From a virus (taxonomy: Duplodnaviria > Heunggongvirae > Uroviricota > Caudoviricetes), in IMG/VR virus record IMGVR_UViG_3300013936_000289, positions 152,064-216,063 of that record: a stretch of DNA of 64,000 bases. The stretch is one strand, 5' to 3'. The stretch's first letter is position 1. Every line of letters starts with the position of its first letter. The notes under the pieces are model-generated. The model was not told the DNA's origin. It was given only the letters and a program-made list of their open reading frames with translations, and made no database searches. The position numbers and the translations under genes were made by a program. This document shows, piece after piece, positions 32,739 through 42,239 of the stretch.

Positions 32739-33041
32739 ATGAAAATTCAAGTAAGGAAAAGTGTATTTGAAACTAACTCAAGTTCTACACATTCATTGAC
32801 ATTTGCATCAGATGATGAATATAATGGATGGAAAAATGGAACATATGTTCTTGATAGAGATCATAATAAATTAGTTTCAAAAGATTCTATATCAGAGGAA
32901 GATATTACAGAAGATAGCTGGAGATATAAATCATATGATGATTACTTCGGTGATTATGATCTAGAATCTTATGATAAATCTTATACAACTAAAAGCGGTG
33001 AAATTGTTCATGTATTCGGTAAATACGGATATGATGGATAA
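32739..33041 (+). CDS. VFETNSSSTH-motif protein 4 (100 aa)
   Basis: N-terminus MKIQVRKSVFETNSSSTHSLTF. Confidence 0.85.
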   Translation: MKIQVRKSVFETNSSSTHSLTFASDDEYNGWKNGTYVLDRDHNKLVSKDSISEEDITEDSWRYKSYDDYFGDYDLESYDKSYTTKSGEIVHVFGKYGYDG

Positions 33042-33049
33042 TTAATAAT

Positions 33050-33086
33050 TTAAGAGATGTAATAATTAAATTACATCTCTTTTTTA
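33050..33086 (+). terminator. intrinsic terminator closing the radical SAM operon
   Basis: aagagatgtaat / attacatctctt stem followed by a T run. Confidence 0.75.
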
Positions 33087-33156
33087 TTTAAAAAATTTTA
33101 TGTATCTTTGTTAAAAGATAAATACTAAAAATAATTTTTTTAATTTACATAACATT

Positions 33157-33729
33157 ATGAATAATAAACAAAAGAAATCATTATATGAAAGTATAATGAA
33201 ATCAGTATCAAAATCTGTAAAGAAATCAATTAATGAGAAATATACACAAACAAGTGGACGTTATTATGTAACATTAACAAATGTAGAATCACTTGTTATT
33301 GGTGATCCATGTTATTGTTTAACAGAAGATATTTATGATAATGTATGGGGTGCAAAGAAATATCCTGATGGAATTCTTGAAAATGATGAGGAAGTTATAG
33401 GTATTATTCAAGGAACTCAATATGGCGATGGTACATATGATTCTATGACAAATCAAAAATATGATGTAGATTCTGGTACAATAGGTATTTTTGATATTGC
33501 CTATTGTAAACCTGAAATTGAATTAAAACAAGATGAAAGTATTCAAATATTCCCTGCAAATGAAGATGGTGAAATTGATATTGAACTTGAATTTTCAGAA
33601 GGACTTATGGTATTCAAAGTTAATCAAGTAGTTATAGAAGAAATTTATCTTTCTGATTCTAATTTTGATGATGAAGAGGAAGATTATGATGATTCAGATG
33701 ATGAATGGGATGACGATGATGAATATTAA
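33157..33729 (+). CDS. LYE-helix leader protein with DPCY/VDSG (DUF4241-like) domain and acidic tail
   Basis: MNNKQKKSLYESIMKSVSKSVKKSINE, then LVIGDPCY..YGDG.Y..VDSGTIGIF. Confidence 0.65.
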   Translation: MNNKQKKSLYESIMKSVSKSVKKSINEKYTQTSGRYYVTLTNVESLVIGDPCYCLTEDIYDNVWGAKKYPDGILENDEEVIGIIQGTQYGDGTYDSMTNQKYDVDSGTIGIFDIAYCKPEIELKQDESIQIFPANEDGEIDIELEFSEGLMVFKVNQVVIEEIYLSDSNFDDEEEDYDDSDDEWDDDDEY

Positions 33730-33737
33730 ATAAAATA

Positions 33738-33775
33738 ATAAAGGATAGAGATTCTTATTTCTCTATCCTTTCCTT
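33738..33775. terminator. bidirectional terminator between convergent genes
   Basis: aaaggatagaga / tctctatccttt stem overlapping the stop codon of 33755-34225. Confidence 0.75.
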
Positions 33776-34225
33776 TACTTCTTCTATAAAATCACAATAG
33801 TTATATAATTTATTACAAATACAATTATCTGACATCATATAACTACCACATTTTTCACATGGTGATTTAAATAATTCTTTAAGTAAATCTTTTTTACTTA
33901 CATTCTTTCCATATTCAACACCTGCTCTAAAAATCAATTCATATTTGTTTCTCTCTAATTTAGATATATTAGGAAATCTTTTATCTAAATAAATATCTAT
34001 TGATTTTTCATCAGCAGATTTTTCGTCTTTTACTTTTGATATATTGAAACTTACTATACCTGGTTCAGTTTCAGTTGGTCTTGTAGAACCTGTAAATGAT
34101 ATATTATATTCTCTTTGATATTCAGGATCCCACACTTTAAGTTTTGCATTATCCCATTCAGAATCATTATAAATCATTGCAATATCCTTCAAACCATGTA
34201 TACTTGGATATTTGTACAAACTCAT
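33755..34225 (-). CDS. hypothetical protein with C-terminal Cys cluster
   Basis: 156 aa; PCEKCG..C.C motif; starts immediately after the TnpB omegaRNA. Confidence 0.7.
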   Translation of the reverse strand: MSLYKYPSIHGLKDIAMIYNDSEWDNAKLKVWDPEYQREYNISFTGSTRPTETEPGIVSFNISKVKDEKSADEKSIDIYLDKRFPNISKLERNKYELIFRAGVEYGKNVSKKDLLKELFKSPCEKCGSYMMSDNCICNKLYNYCDFIEEVKERIEK

Positions 34226-34231
34226 AGTTTT

Positions 34232-34380
34232 GTTTTCAATTAATTTTAAAAACCTGTGTTTCTTGTTTCATAGACACACTACTTTTTAGTATAATTACAT
34301 GAATGTAATTTCTTTCATCCATAGTTGGTATCTCCGCAAGCGTAAATTCGGGTAAACTCAACCCTATTTAATATTTTATA
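34232..34380 (-). ncRNA. putative TnpB omegaRNA scaffold
   Basis: Blocks ATAGGGTTGAGTTT.CCGAATTTA.GCTTG.GGAGATA and TATGAAACAAGAAA.A.AGGTTTTTA are conserved with the 48930-49053 copy; boundaries approximate. Confidence 0.65.
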
Positions 34381-34384
34381 TAAA

Positions 34385-35518
34385 TTATAAATTAATTTGT
34401 CTTAATCCTTCAGTTAAAATATTTAATGAAGCATTATAATCTCTATCTATTAGAGATCTACAATGTGGACATATCCAGTCGCGTTCATTTAATTTTAAAC
34501 TTTTATAAATATATCCACAATTGTGACATGTTTTAGAAGAAGGATAAAATCTATCTATAATCATTAATTGTCTTCCATTCTATCTACATTTATATTCTAA
34601 CTAACGTCTAAATTCATAGAAACTTAAGTCCTATATAGATTTAGCTAATTTATGATTAGACATCATACCATTTACATTTAAATCTTCAATACAGATAACT
34701 TGGTTCTCGTTAACTAATTTTGAACTAATTTGATGTAAATATGTGCTTCTTTGATTAGCTATTTTTTCATGAACGTTAGCTAATTTAATTCTAACTTTAT
34801 TTCTATTATTACTTCCTTTCTACTTTTTAGAAAGTTTCCTCTATAATTTCTTTAATTTCTTTTCTTGGTTTTTATAAAAATGTTTATTCTCATATCTATT
34901 TCCATTAGAATCTACTATAAAGTCTTTAATACCTAAATCAAGACCTATTACTGTATCTAACTTTTCTTTTTTATAAATATTATACTCAATACAAATAGAT
35001 AGATAATATTTTTCAGTAGATGTTTTAGTAAGAGTAATAAAATGGATTTTATCCTGATTATGATTTAAATATATTTCATCTCTTTTTGAACATTTAAATA
35101 ATATATTCTATAACTATTTAATTAATGTTATCCTATTACCATTAATTTTCTTTTTCTTAAATTTAAATATAGTATTTGTAAATCTACATGTTTGTTTAGT
35201 ATCTTTCTTTGATTTAAATTTAGGATAACCATTATGTAATTTAAAGAAATTATCATATGCTTTAATCATATCCATTATAGATTGCTATAAACACTAAGAA
35301 TAAACATCATTTAAAAAAGAATATTCATTTAGTTTCTTTAAATTAGTTAAATATTTACCTAACTGTGATAAAGAAACAGATTGTTTATTCTACTCATACT
35401 ATGACTTCTTATAATACAATAATTTATTATATATAAGTCTACAACAACCTAACTGTTTAGAAATAAATTCTTTCTAAACATTATCAGGATATATTCGTAT
35501 TTTAATAGACTTTAACAT
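34385..35518 (-). CDS. tnpB: TnpB (IS200/IS605-family) RNA-guided endonuclease, 377 aa, TAG=Gln
   Basis: Manual translation: SIKIRIYP, GCCR.IYN, GLDLGIKDF (RuvC D), IEDL (E), CHNCG..CPHC zinc finger and DRDYNA (D); no tnpA nearby. Confidence 0.93.
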
Positions 35519-35728
35519 AATATAATAAAAAATCGTTTATATTTTAATTTGTATAAAATTGGTAGGTTGATACAAATTATTAATATAAACGATCTATAAA
35601 TATCTTTAATTATATATTATATTCAAATTATAAAAATAGTTTAAACCAACCTACCAAAGTTATTAAACTTATTTCTTATATTATTTATCTAAATTATTTT
35701 TTAAATGAAAAATATTTTCTATAATTAA

Positions 35729-35968
35729 TTATTTTTTATCATCTAAAAAATCAACATCTAAAATATCATCTAAATCAATTTTATTAAAATCAATTTCAAA
35801 TGGTTTTCTATTTTTTATAATTTTATCGGTTTCTTTTCTAATTAAATTTTCTATTTTACCTATTAAATTAATAGATTCAACAACAGAAAGTTTATATGTA
35901 TTTTGAAGATATTTTTTTAATTCATTAAAAATATCTGGTTCTTCTTTAACATTCATTTCATAAATCAT
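35729..35968 (-). CDS. hypothetical protein
   Basis: 79 aa ORF. Confidence 0.55.
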   Translation of the reverse strand: MIYEMNVKEEPDIFNELKKYLQNTYKLSVVESINLIGKIENLIRKETDKIIKNRKPFEIDFNKIDLDDILDVDFLDDKK

Positions 35969-35972
35969 ATTT

Positions 35973-36296
35973 TTAAGGTATTGTTAAATTTATTATTTGT
36001 TTATATATATTTTTTTCATGTTCTGTTTTAAACATATCATCCCAATAATTTCTCCTTACTATAAGATATGGTCTAATAATAATATCTGTATAATTTCCTG
36101 ATGCTATTGAGCCTAATCCAGATGATATAATTTCATCAAAATATAAATCAGATTTATTGTTTTCTATATATTCTATTGCTTTTCTTAAATTATTTGTTGC
36201 ATCAGAAACAGAATCATATTTATATCCTGTATATACCCATGACATTATAACAGAAAAATATGTCCGTTCAACATGTTTCTTTTTAAAATTTATCAT
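35973..36296 (-). CDS. hypothetical protein
   Basis: 107 aa ORF. Confidence 0.6.
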   Translation of the reverse strand: MINFKKKHVERTYFSVIMSWVYTGYKYDSVSDATNNLRKAIEYIENNKSDLYFDEIISSGLGSIASGNYTDIIIRPYLIVRRNYWDDMFKTEHEKNIYKQIINLTIP

Positions 36297-36407
36297 CTCT
36301 ATATTTTATATTAAATAATTAGATATTAGTTTATTTTATATATAAAAAATGGTTAAAGAATATTCTCTAATACTCTTTAACCATTATAAAAAAACAGTAG
36401 GAACTTT

Positions 36408-36629
36408 TTAATCTACATCAATGTAGAAGTCTCTTTCACAAGTAACACAATGAGCATGTTCTTGACCATTCATATTATCATAACCAAAATCAAGAACCTC
36501 AGATGAACCACAAAGAGGACAAGGTTCATTAATATAGTTAACATTAGATTTAATGTTGTTAACTATAATTATTCCTACTGTAAGAATAACCACAAGAAGT
36601 GTTATTTGTATTTTAAGAGACTTATTCAT
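36408..36629 (-). CDS. membrane-anchored zinc-ribbon protein
   Basis: N-terminal transmembrane segment, CPLCGS..CVTC. Confidence 0.65.
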   Translation of the reverse strand: MNKSLKIQITLLVVILTVGIIIVNNIKSNVNYINEPCPLCGSSEVLDFGYDNMNGQEHAHCVTCERDFYIDVD

Positions 36630-36704
36630 ATCTTCGTTATTTTAATTGTTCATTATTTTATTAACAATACAAAGATACATATTTTATTTTAAATAAAAAA
36701 ATAT

Positions 36705-37448
36705 TTAAGAAAAAACTTCTTTAAATTTCTTATAATTAATTCCTCCCGGTATTGCGAATATAATGGCTTCAAAATGATATTTAGAAGATCCCAATAATTC
36801 CTTAAATACTTCAGCAACAAATTGAGGATCATTCTTAAATACTCCGCATCCAAATGCACCAAGAACCAAATTCTTTTGTTTATGTTTCTCTGCAATATCA
36901 AGAATAAATTTTATTCTATCATTCATAGCTTTCATCGCATAATAAATATGTCCTTCATAATGTGAAAGATTTGGTGCTGGACATGTAATTACATCTACAG
37001 AAATAAAATTATCAGCAACTCTATTAAAAATAATATTTGGAGAATAGATAGCAAAATTCTTATATAATCCGCCATTAGTATTTTGTCGATTATGTTCATA
37101 ATATGTATTAAATTTTTTATCGGAGATTACATTATATAAATCACTTGCATGACATAATGCTTCTTCTTGAGCTATCGCACCTTTAATGAAACCTCCACCA
37201 GGATATTTATAGCTTGAAAAATTCAATACACATAAATGTTTATCTTCTCCATACTTAAAAACTGCATCTTCTGTCTTTATATCTTCTACAATAATATTTC
37301 TTTTATCTAAAACATTATCATCCTCTGTATATACAACAGAATCTCTAATAGAAGTTTGAATCATAGGATGAAAAGAATTTTCCATTTCTTCTATATGATT
37401 CTTAGCTGTTAATTTTCTATCTTCTTTAATATACGGTTTAACCATCAT
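36705..37448 (-). CDS. TIGR02452-like microbial PARG/macrodomain protein
   Basis: VLNFSSYKYPGGGFIKGAIAQEEALC, DVITCPAPN and LVLGAFGCGVFKNDP motifs; ATG start at 37448 preferred over GTG at 37541. Confidence 0.9.
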   Translation of the reverse strand: MMVKPYIKEDRKLTAKNHIEEMENSFHPMIQTSIRDSVVYTEDDNVLDKRNIIVEDIKTEDAVFKYGEDKHLCVLNFSSYKYPGGGFIKGAIAQEEALCHASDLYNVISDKKFNTYYEHNRQNTNGGLYKNFAIYSPNIIFNRVADNFISVDVITCPAPNLSHYEGHIYYAMKAMNDRIKFILDIAEKHKQKNLVLGAFGCGVFKNDPQFVAEVFKELLGSSKYHFEAIIFAIPGGINYKKFKEVFS

Positions 37449-37525
37449 ATTCTTTAAATTATTGAAATAGGTTCTGGTATAATAATTTATTAAATACCAA
37501 AACCATAAATTCTTTATATTAAATA

Positions 37526-37798
37526 TTACTCGATTCCACATAGAGCAATAACATTATTCAACTCTTCAACTGTTGTAGCATATCCTATAGAAGAACGCTT
37601 AATAATAGCACCACTCTCATTACACTTCCAACAATTAATATTGAATGTAAGTTTATTACTCAATGGAAAATATTCCTGTTCTACACTAACTCGCCACTCA
37701 GGAGATTCATTATTAGTCTTATAAAAACGACACAAAACACGATCAGGATGATTTGTTTCATATCCATGATCTAAAAGATATTCCTTTGTTAATTCCAT
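37526..37798 (-). CDS. hypothetical protein
   Basis: 90 aa ORF. Confidence 0.6.
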   Translation of the reverse strand: MELTKEYLLDHGYETNHPDRVLCRFYKTNNESPEWRVSVEQEYFPLSNKLTFNINCWKCNESGAIIKRSSIGYATTVEELNNVIALCGIE

Positions 37799-37804
37799 TT
37801 TTAA

Positions 37805-38179
37805 TTACTTTATTTTAAGTGTTAATATTTTATTAAAAAATCTAAATACATACTTAAGACCAAACAACCATACAAATAACATCCATAAAGCTGTAAAAAA
37901 TTCTTTAAAGAAATCATATATATTAGATACTGTTTGATTTAAACATTCTTCTTTTTCAGAATCATTACTATACTCTTCAACTAACTTAAACAATATAATA
38001 TAATTAAATATTGGTACTATTGTTAATATAGTTAAAGATGGAATTGATATAAATTCCAAATTATTAAAATAATCATATAATGACGAATTCTTTTTCAATG
38101 TAAAATAAGGTATTATATAAAAAATATATAATCCTACAATTACTGGTACAAAATGTAATATCAAAAATATATTCATCAT
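37805..38179 (-). CDS. hypothetical membrane protein
   Basis: Three hydrophobic segments. Confidence 0.6.
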   Translation of the reverse strand: MMNIFLILHFVPVIVGLYIFYIIPYFTLKKNSSLYDYFNNLEFISIPSLTILTIVPIFNYIILFKLVEEYSNDSEKEECLNQTVSNIYDFFKEFFTALWMLFVWLFGLKYVFRFFNKILTLKIK

Positions 38180-38185
38180 AAACTT

Positions 38186-38740
38186 TTATTTGCTAAAATA
38201 AATTAAATAATATCGTTCCTCTGGAAAAAATACCTTTTTAAATCCTACACGTTTCTTATATTCTTCAAAAGGTAAATCTTCTATTTGAGGATTATAATGA
38301 TAATCTTCTTCAATATGTTTGCCATCTTCTGACTTTATACAAATATCATGATGATTAACATTATTATCATTATCACTACAATTAGATACTTTATCCTTAT
38401 ATATTATACCTTTCATATAGATCGGTTTATGTACAATTACATCATCAGAATCTGTTTGAAAATAATTATAATATCTATATGTAGCATTATTTCCTGTTAT
38501 TAAAACAGGTTCATCACTACTTATAAATCGTATAGGTTTAAACATTAAATAATGTGTCCAATTTATAAAAAAATAGCATATAATAAAAATTATAATTCTT
38601 GAAAACCATTTCTTAAATGGACCTGGATCATTATATTGTACAATATTATCATATACTGATATACATATAAAAAGTATTATAGTAAAACATAATAATACTA
38701 AACATACAAAAAATGTAAATGCTATATAAGTTGCTACCAT
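38186..38740 (-). CDS. hypothetical membrane protein
   Basis: Two N-terminal hydrophobic segments. Confidence 0.65.
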   Translation of the reverse strand: MVATYIAFTFFVCLVLLCFTIILFICISVYDNIVQYNDPGPFKKWFSRIIIFIICYFFINWTHYLMFKPIRFISSDEPVLITGNNATYRYYNYFQTDSDDVIVHKPIYMKGIIYKDKVSNCSDNDNNVNHHDICIKSEDGKHIEEDYHYNPQIEDLPFEEYKKRVGFKKVFFPEERYYLIYFSK

Positions 38741-38742
38741 AA

Positions 38743-39483
38743 TTACTTAATCATTTTAGCTGAAACATCATAACCTAACGTAATATTGTAAGTTTCTTCA
38801 TAATGCTTAACCAACTTTTCATTCTGAGACCTTACAATATTAATATAATTATTACGAGCAATTCTAAAATCTCGTTTCTTATTATCTGTTACAAAATACA
38901 TAGTTGGAAGCATTCCATAGATTAATCCCTTTATTTTCTTACCATTATCATCTACTACTTGCTTATTATAAGGAATAAGTGTAGCTATACGATATAAATG
39001 CTCATTTTTCTTAAGAGTTAAATAAGGAATATTTGAATAAAGTGTAACTTTATCATTAATTTTTGAAAACTTCTTTTTCTTCTTATATACAGTTGGTTCA
39101 CCACCAAACAAATCATGTTGAATAGCTTCAAATGATTTAGTTCCTACTATATTTTTTGTATCAATAGTTACACCAATATTATTAAAAAAATTCTTCTTTG
39201 TATTATTATTTTTCAATACAGATTTTGATACCTGTGCATATAAAATAATATCATCAAATGAAACATTCTTAATAAATTTATCTTTAAACTCATCAATAGT
39301 TTTATTAATAATATCTTTAACTATTTTTTGCGCATTAATAACTTCATCAACAGAATAATCATTCATATTACTAAGAATATTATATATATTCTGCAATGTT
39401 TCTATATCAACATTATCCATTTTCTTAAGAGCATCACTTACATATGGATAAAATTCCTTAACAATTTCTTTATTATTTTTCAT
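38743..39483 (-). CDS. hypothetical protein
   Basis: 246 aa ORF. Confidence 0.7.
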   Translation of the reverse strand: MKNNKEIVKEFYPYVSDALKKMDNVDIETLQNIYNILSNMNDYSVDEVINAQKIVKDIINKTIDEFKDKFIKNVSFDDIILYAQVSKSVLKNNNTKKNFFNNIGVTIDTKNIVGTKSFEAIQHDLFGGEPTVYKKKKKFSKINDKVTLYSNIPYLTLKKNEHLYRIATLIPYNKQVVDDNGKKIKGLIYGMLPTMYFVTDNKKRDFRIARNNYINIVRSQNEKLVKHYEETYNITLGYDVSAKMIK

Positions 39484-39540
39484 AAACTTTATCTAATTAA
39501 CAACAAATCTATAAATTATAGTCTAAATTATTGAAAATGT

Positions 39541-39768
39541 TTACTTTTGTTCAAACCAATGTGCATAACATGCAACTGAATTACTAAGTCTATTTGCATC
39601 ATTCAATATTCCTATGATAGCAACCTTCTCTGCTTTTGGAAGATTGTCGAAATGATTATCAAAATCACCTTCCTGAGGTTCCCATACGATATTATAAATA
39701 GTATCTTTAATTAACTCGATTTGTGGAATCAAATCATTTATCTTCTTATAACGTTCTTCTTTATTCAT
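39541..39768 (-). CDS. hypothetical protein
   Basis: 75 aa ORF. Confidence 0.6.
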   Translation of the reverse strand: MNKEERYKKINDLIPQIELIKDTIYNIVWEPQEGDFDNHFDNLPKAEKVAIIGILNDANRLSNSVACYAHWFEQK

Positions 39769-40067
39769 AACTTCTTAATTATTTTAACGTTCTTAATTAA
39801 TGGTTCACCATCTGTTCCTCTGCCATCTAATAAATCTCCTGTTACCAAATATTTGTTACCGGAATAATATCTAATTAAATGAATAAAAGTATCAAACCCT
39901 GTTTCATTTATAGGATTAGGTAAAACTGGTGAATATGTTCCATTTATATTTTTATGAGCTTCATAAACAGATACTCCTTTTTCTTCACCTATTTTTTCTT
40001 CGCCTCTCCAAAAAATTGAAGACCTCTCATTTTTTGGAATATCATCAAATCTATAAAATAACAACAT
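39765..40067 (-). CDS. hypothetical phage protein (E.GVSVY..G.G.DGEPL type)
   Basis: 100 aa; recurrent phage motif. Confidence 0.7.
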   Translation of the reverse strand: MLLFYRFDDIPKNERSSIFWRGEEKIGEEKGVSVYEAHKNINGTYSPVLPNPINETGFDTFIHLIRYYSGNKYLVTGDLLDGRGTDGEPLIKNVKIIKKL

Positions 40068-40077
40068 ACATCATTAT

Positions 40078-40638
40078 TTAAACACAACCATTAAATTCGG
40101 CATTTTCCCATTTTTTTGCTTCTTCATAGTTAGCACATGCTTTATTATATTCTTTCTCTAATTTATTCTTATATTCATATTCAAACTCTTTTTCAATTTT
40201 TTCTCTAATACGAGTTTCTAATGAAGACTCAATATTCTTTAATACTTGTTTATCTACACTTAAAGTTTTACTAACATGTTTAGAAGTATCTTTAACTTCA
40301 TTTAACTCTTTATTCGACTTATCTGATAATGAAGAATCATTGCCAAATGAAAAAGACATATACTTATTAAATGATTTTGTTGATTTAGTAGTGACATTAT
40401 TATTTTTATTTTTCAAATTAACAAATCTCCCAAAATCATAAACAGTATTATAACGCATGAAATTATTATAAGCATTCTTACATATCTGATTATCACGTCC
40501 TCCACAATAAACATGTTTAATATGTTTCTTAACGAAAGAATTGCCACATACTGGACACTCACAAACTTCACCAATTCGCTTTGATAAATTTATATCATGA
40601 ATTTGGTTCATCTGTTTTTTTAATGTATTCTTATCCAT
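40078..40638 (-). CDS. zinc-finger-containing hypothetical protein
   Basis: CPVCG..YC..C motif. Confidence 0.65.
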   Translation of the reverse strand: MDKNTLKKQMNQIHDINLSKRIGEVCECPVCGNSFVKKHIKHVYCGGRDNQICKNAYNNFMRYNTVYDFGRFVNLKNKNNNVTTKSTKSFNKYMSFSFGNDSSLSDKSNKELNEVKDTSKHVSKTLSVDKQVLKNIESSLETRIREKIEKEFEYEYKNKLEKEYNKACANYEEAKKWENAEFNGCV

Positions 40639-40742
40639 AATAAATTACATTTTTTAATTTATAATTCAAAGATACACATATTATTATAAAATAAAAAATC
40701 ACAAAACTATAAATTAATATAATTTTGTGATTTTTATATAGA

Positions 40743-41669
40743 TTAAGTCATTTTAATACTATAACATAATTTCTTTTTTAAATTAGTTATATTTTTATAT
40801 TGAGTCTTTAAGCAATTTCCTATATATTTTCTTATTTCTTTTTTAACCTCTGTCTTCCATGAAGGATCTACAAGCATGCATCCTATATATAGATTACATC
40901 CTCTACTCATATTATCTCTTTCAAATGTTAAATCATATGGTATATTTTTTAAATTACCCATACTATTAACAATAGAATTAACTTCATCCTCTACATTAAA
41001 TAACATAGATGGTAATTCCGGTTGAAAATTTAATTCTTGTAATTTATGTGGACATCCGGTCCAATCATCCGGTAATACACTATTATTAAAATATAAAGAT
41101 AAGTTATTTTTTGTTATTGGAAATCCTTCTAATGAATTTACTTCTTTAATCCAATTTAAATAAATTTCGTTTTCTATATAAGACGGAAATCCTTTAAAAT
41201 CTTTTAATCTCCCATAACTAACTACAAAATCTTTTATTTTTAAAATACTTTTATATTTTTCAAAATCAAATAAATCTTTAATTGAATATACCTTATCAGT
41301 TTTATTTTCTAATGAAAATTCTAATACGTTCATACTAAAATGAATATCATAATCCAATAATATATCAAATAATTCTTTAAAATATTTTACATTTCCTTTA
41401 TATAATGAAATTCTAACATAACCTATGTTTATTCCATTCTTATAACTTTTTGATATTTCGGATAACTATGGTAATGTTTTATATGCGTTGAAAAATATTG
41501 CTAAATCATTATTCTCGGATCTATCTACTATCTTATCCAATAAAGGCTTTACAATATCAGTTGAACTTATTTTATCAAAAATCATATCAGAATTATCTGG
41601 TTTACTAATATCATCTAATATATCATCATCAAATAGAGATTCTATTAATCGTCTAATATTCTTATTCAT
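40743..41669 (-). CDS. ESLFDD-motif protein with short LRR-like repeats (308 aa, TAG=Gln)
   Basis: Track ORFs 41466-41669 and 40743-41357 join through TAG at 41466; LKDFKGFP and NSLEGFP repeats. Confidence 0.7.
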
Positions 41670-41676
41670 AATTAAA

Positions 41677-42236
41677 TTAAAACAATTTTAATTTATCACT
41701 TAATTCGCGTTCTGTCCACACCTGAAACTAAACTCCGCGTTTTTTAAACTCATATTTTGCTGCTCTCCATTTTGCTTGGTTAGTCAAAAATGTTTTCATT
41801 TCTCTATTATAACGATTAACTTCTTTTAACTTCGCTCCAGGTTTCAATGGTTCAGGTTTAATTGTTTGTGCATAAGGTTTAATCTCAATAAACACTTTTA
41901 TAACTTCACCATCTTTCTTTTTAAACTCAACCCACATATCAACATAATATTTTCTAATCTTCCAGTTCTAAGGATTATTTGGATCCAAATGATGTTGATG
42001 ACAATATTCCAAATTAGCAACAGGATCTCTATACTATATAGCACATGGTTCTGAACCAACTCTCAAAACCTAAGGATTTCTGTCACACCAATCCATAAAA
42101 AAAAAAAAAATTCCCACGAACTTCTATATTCGTTGGTTTTAGTCACCCATTTTTCTGGATGTTTTGGATGAAAATAACCTTGTTTAAACCTTGAATTTCT
42201 TGATGGTTTATGTTGATTTTTATAGCTTTCATTCAT
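41677..42236 (-). pseudogene. T4 gp4-like head completion nuclease, frameshifted at an A14/T14 homopolymer
   Basis: QGYFHPKHPEKW..YRSSWE[F]n then, in another frame, MDWCDRNP..GSE..YYVDMW..IEIKP..NQAKWRAA..F.VWTE. The two parts are 299 nt apart (not a multiple of 3); tract at 42097-42110. Could be an assembly error. Confidence 0.75.
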
Positions 42237-42239
42237 ATA

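Noticed and set aside
30967-32810. Four similar 60-nt segments as a CRISPR array or DNA repeat
   Set aside because: They are the first codons of four genes, 500-700 nt apart, and vary mainly at synonymous positions; this is a protein motif.
30967-33041. Classical short RiPP precursor peptides
   Set aside because: Products are 100-221 aa with apparently folded bodies, and no peptidase, transporter or RRE/SPASM domain is seen. Kept instead as possible protein substrates.
34226-35660. Complete autonomous IS200/IS605 or IS607 transposon
   Set aside because: No tnpA or serine recombinase is present in the window and no canonical end hairpin pair was recognised.
41866-42054. Plus-strand 62-aa ORF
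   Set aside because: Antisense to the gp4-like gene.
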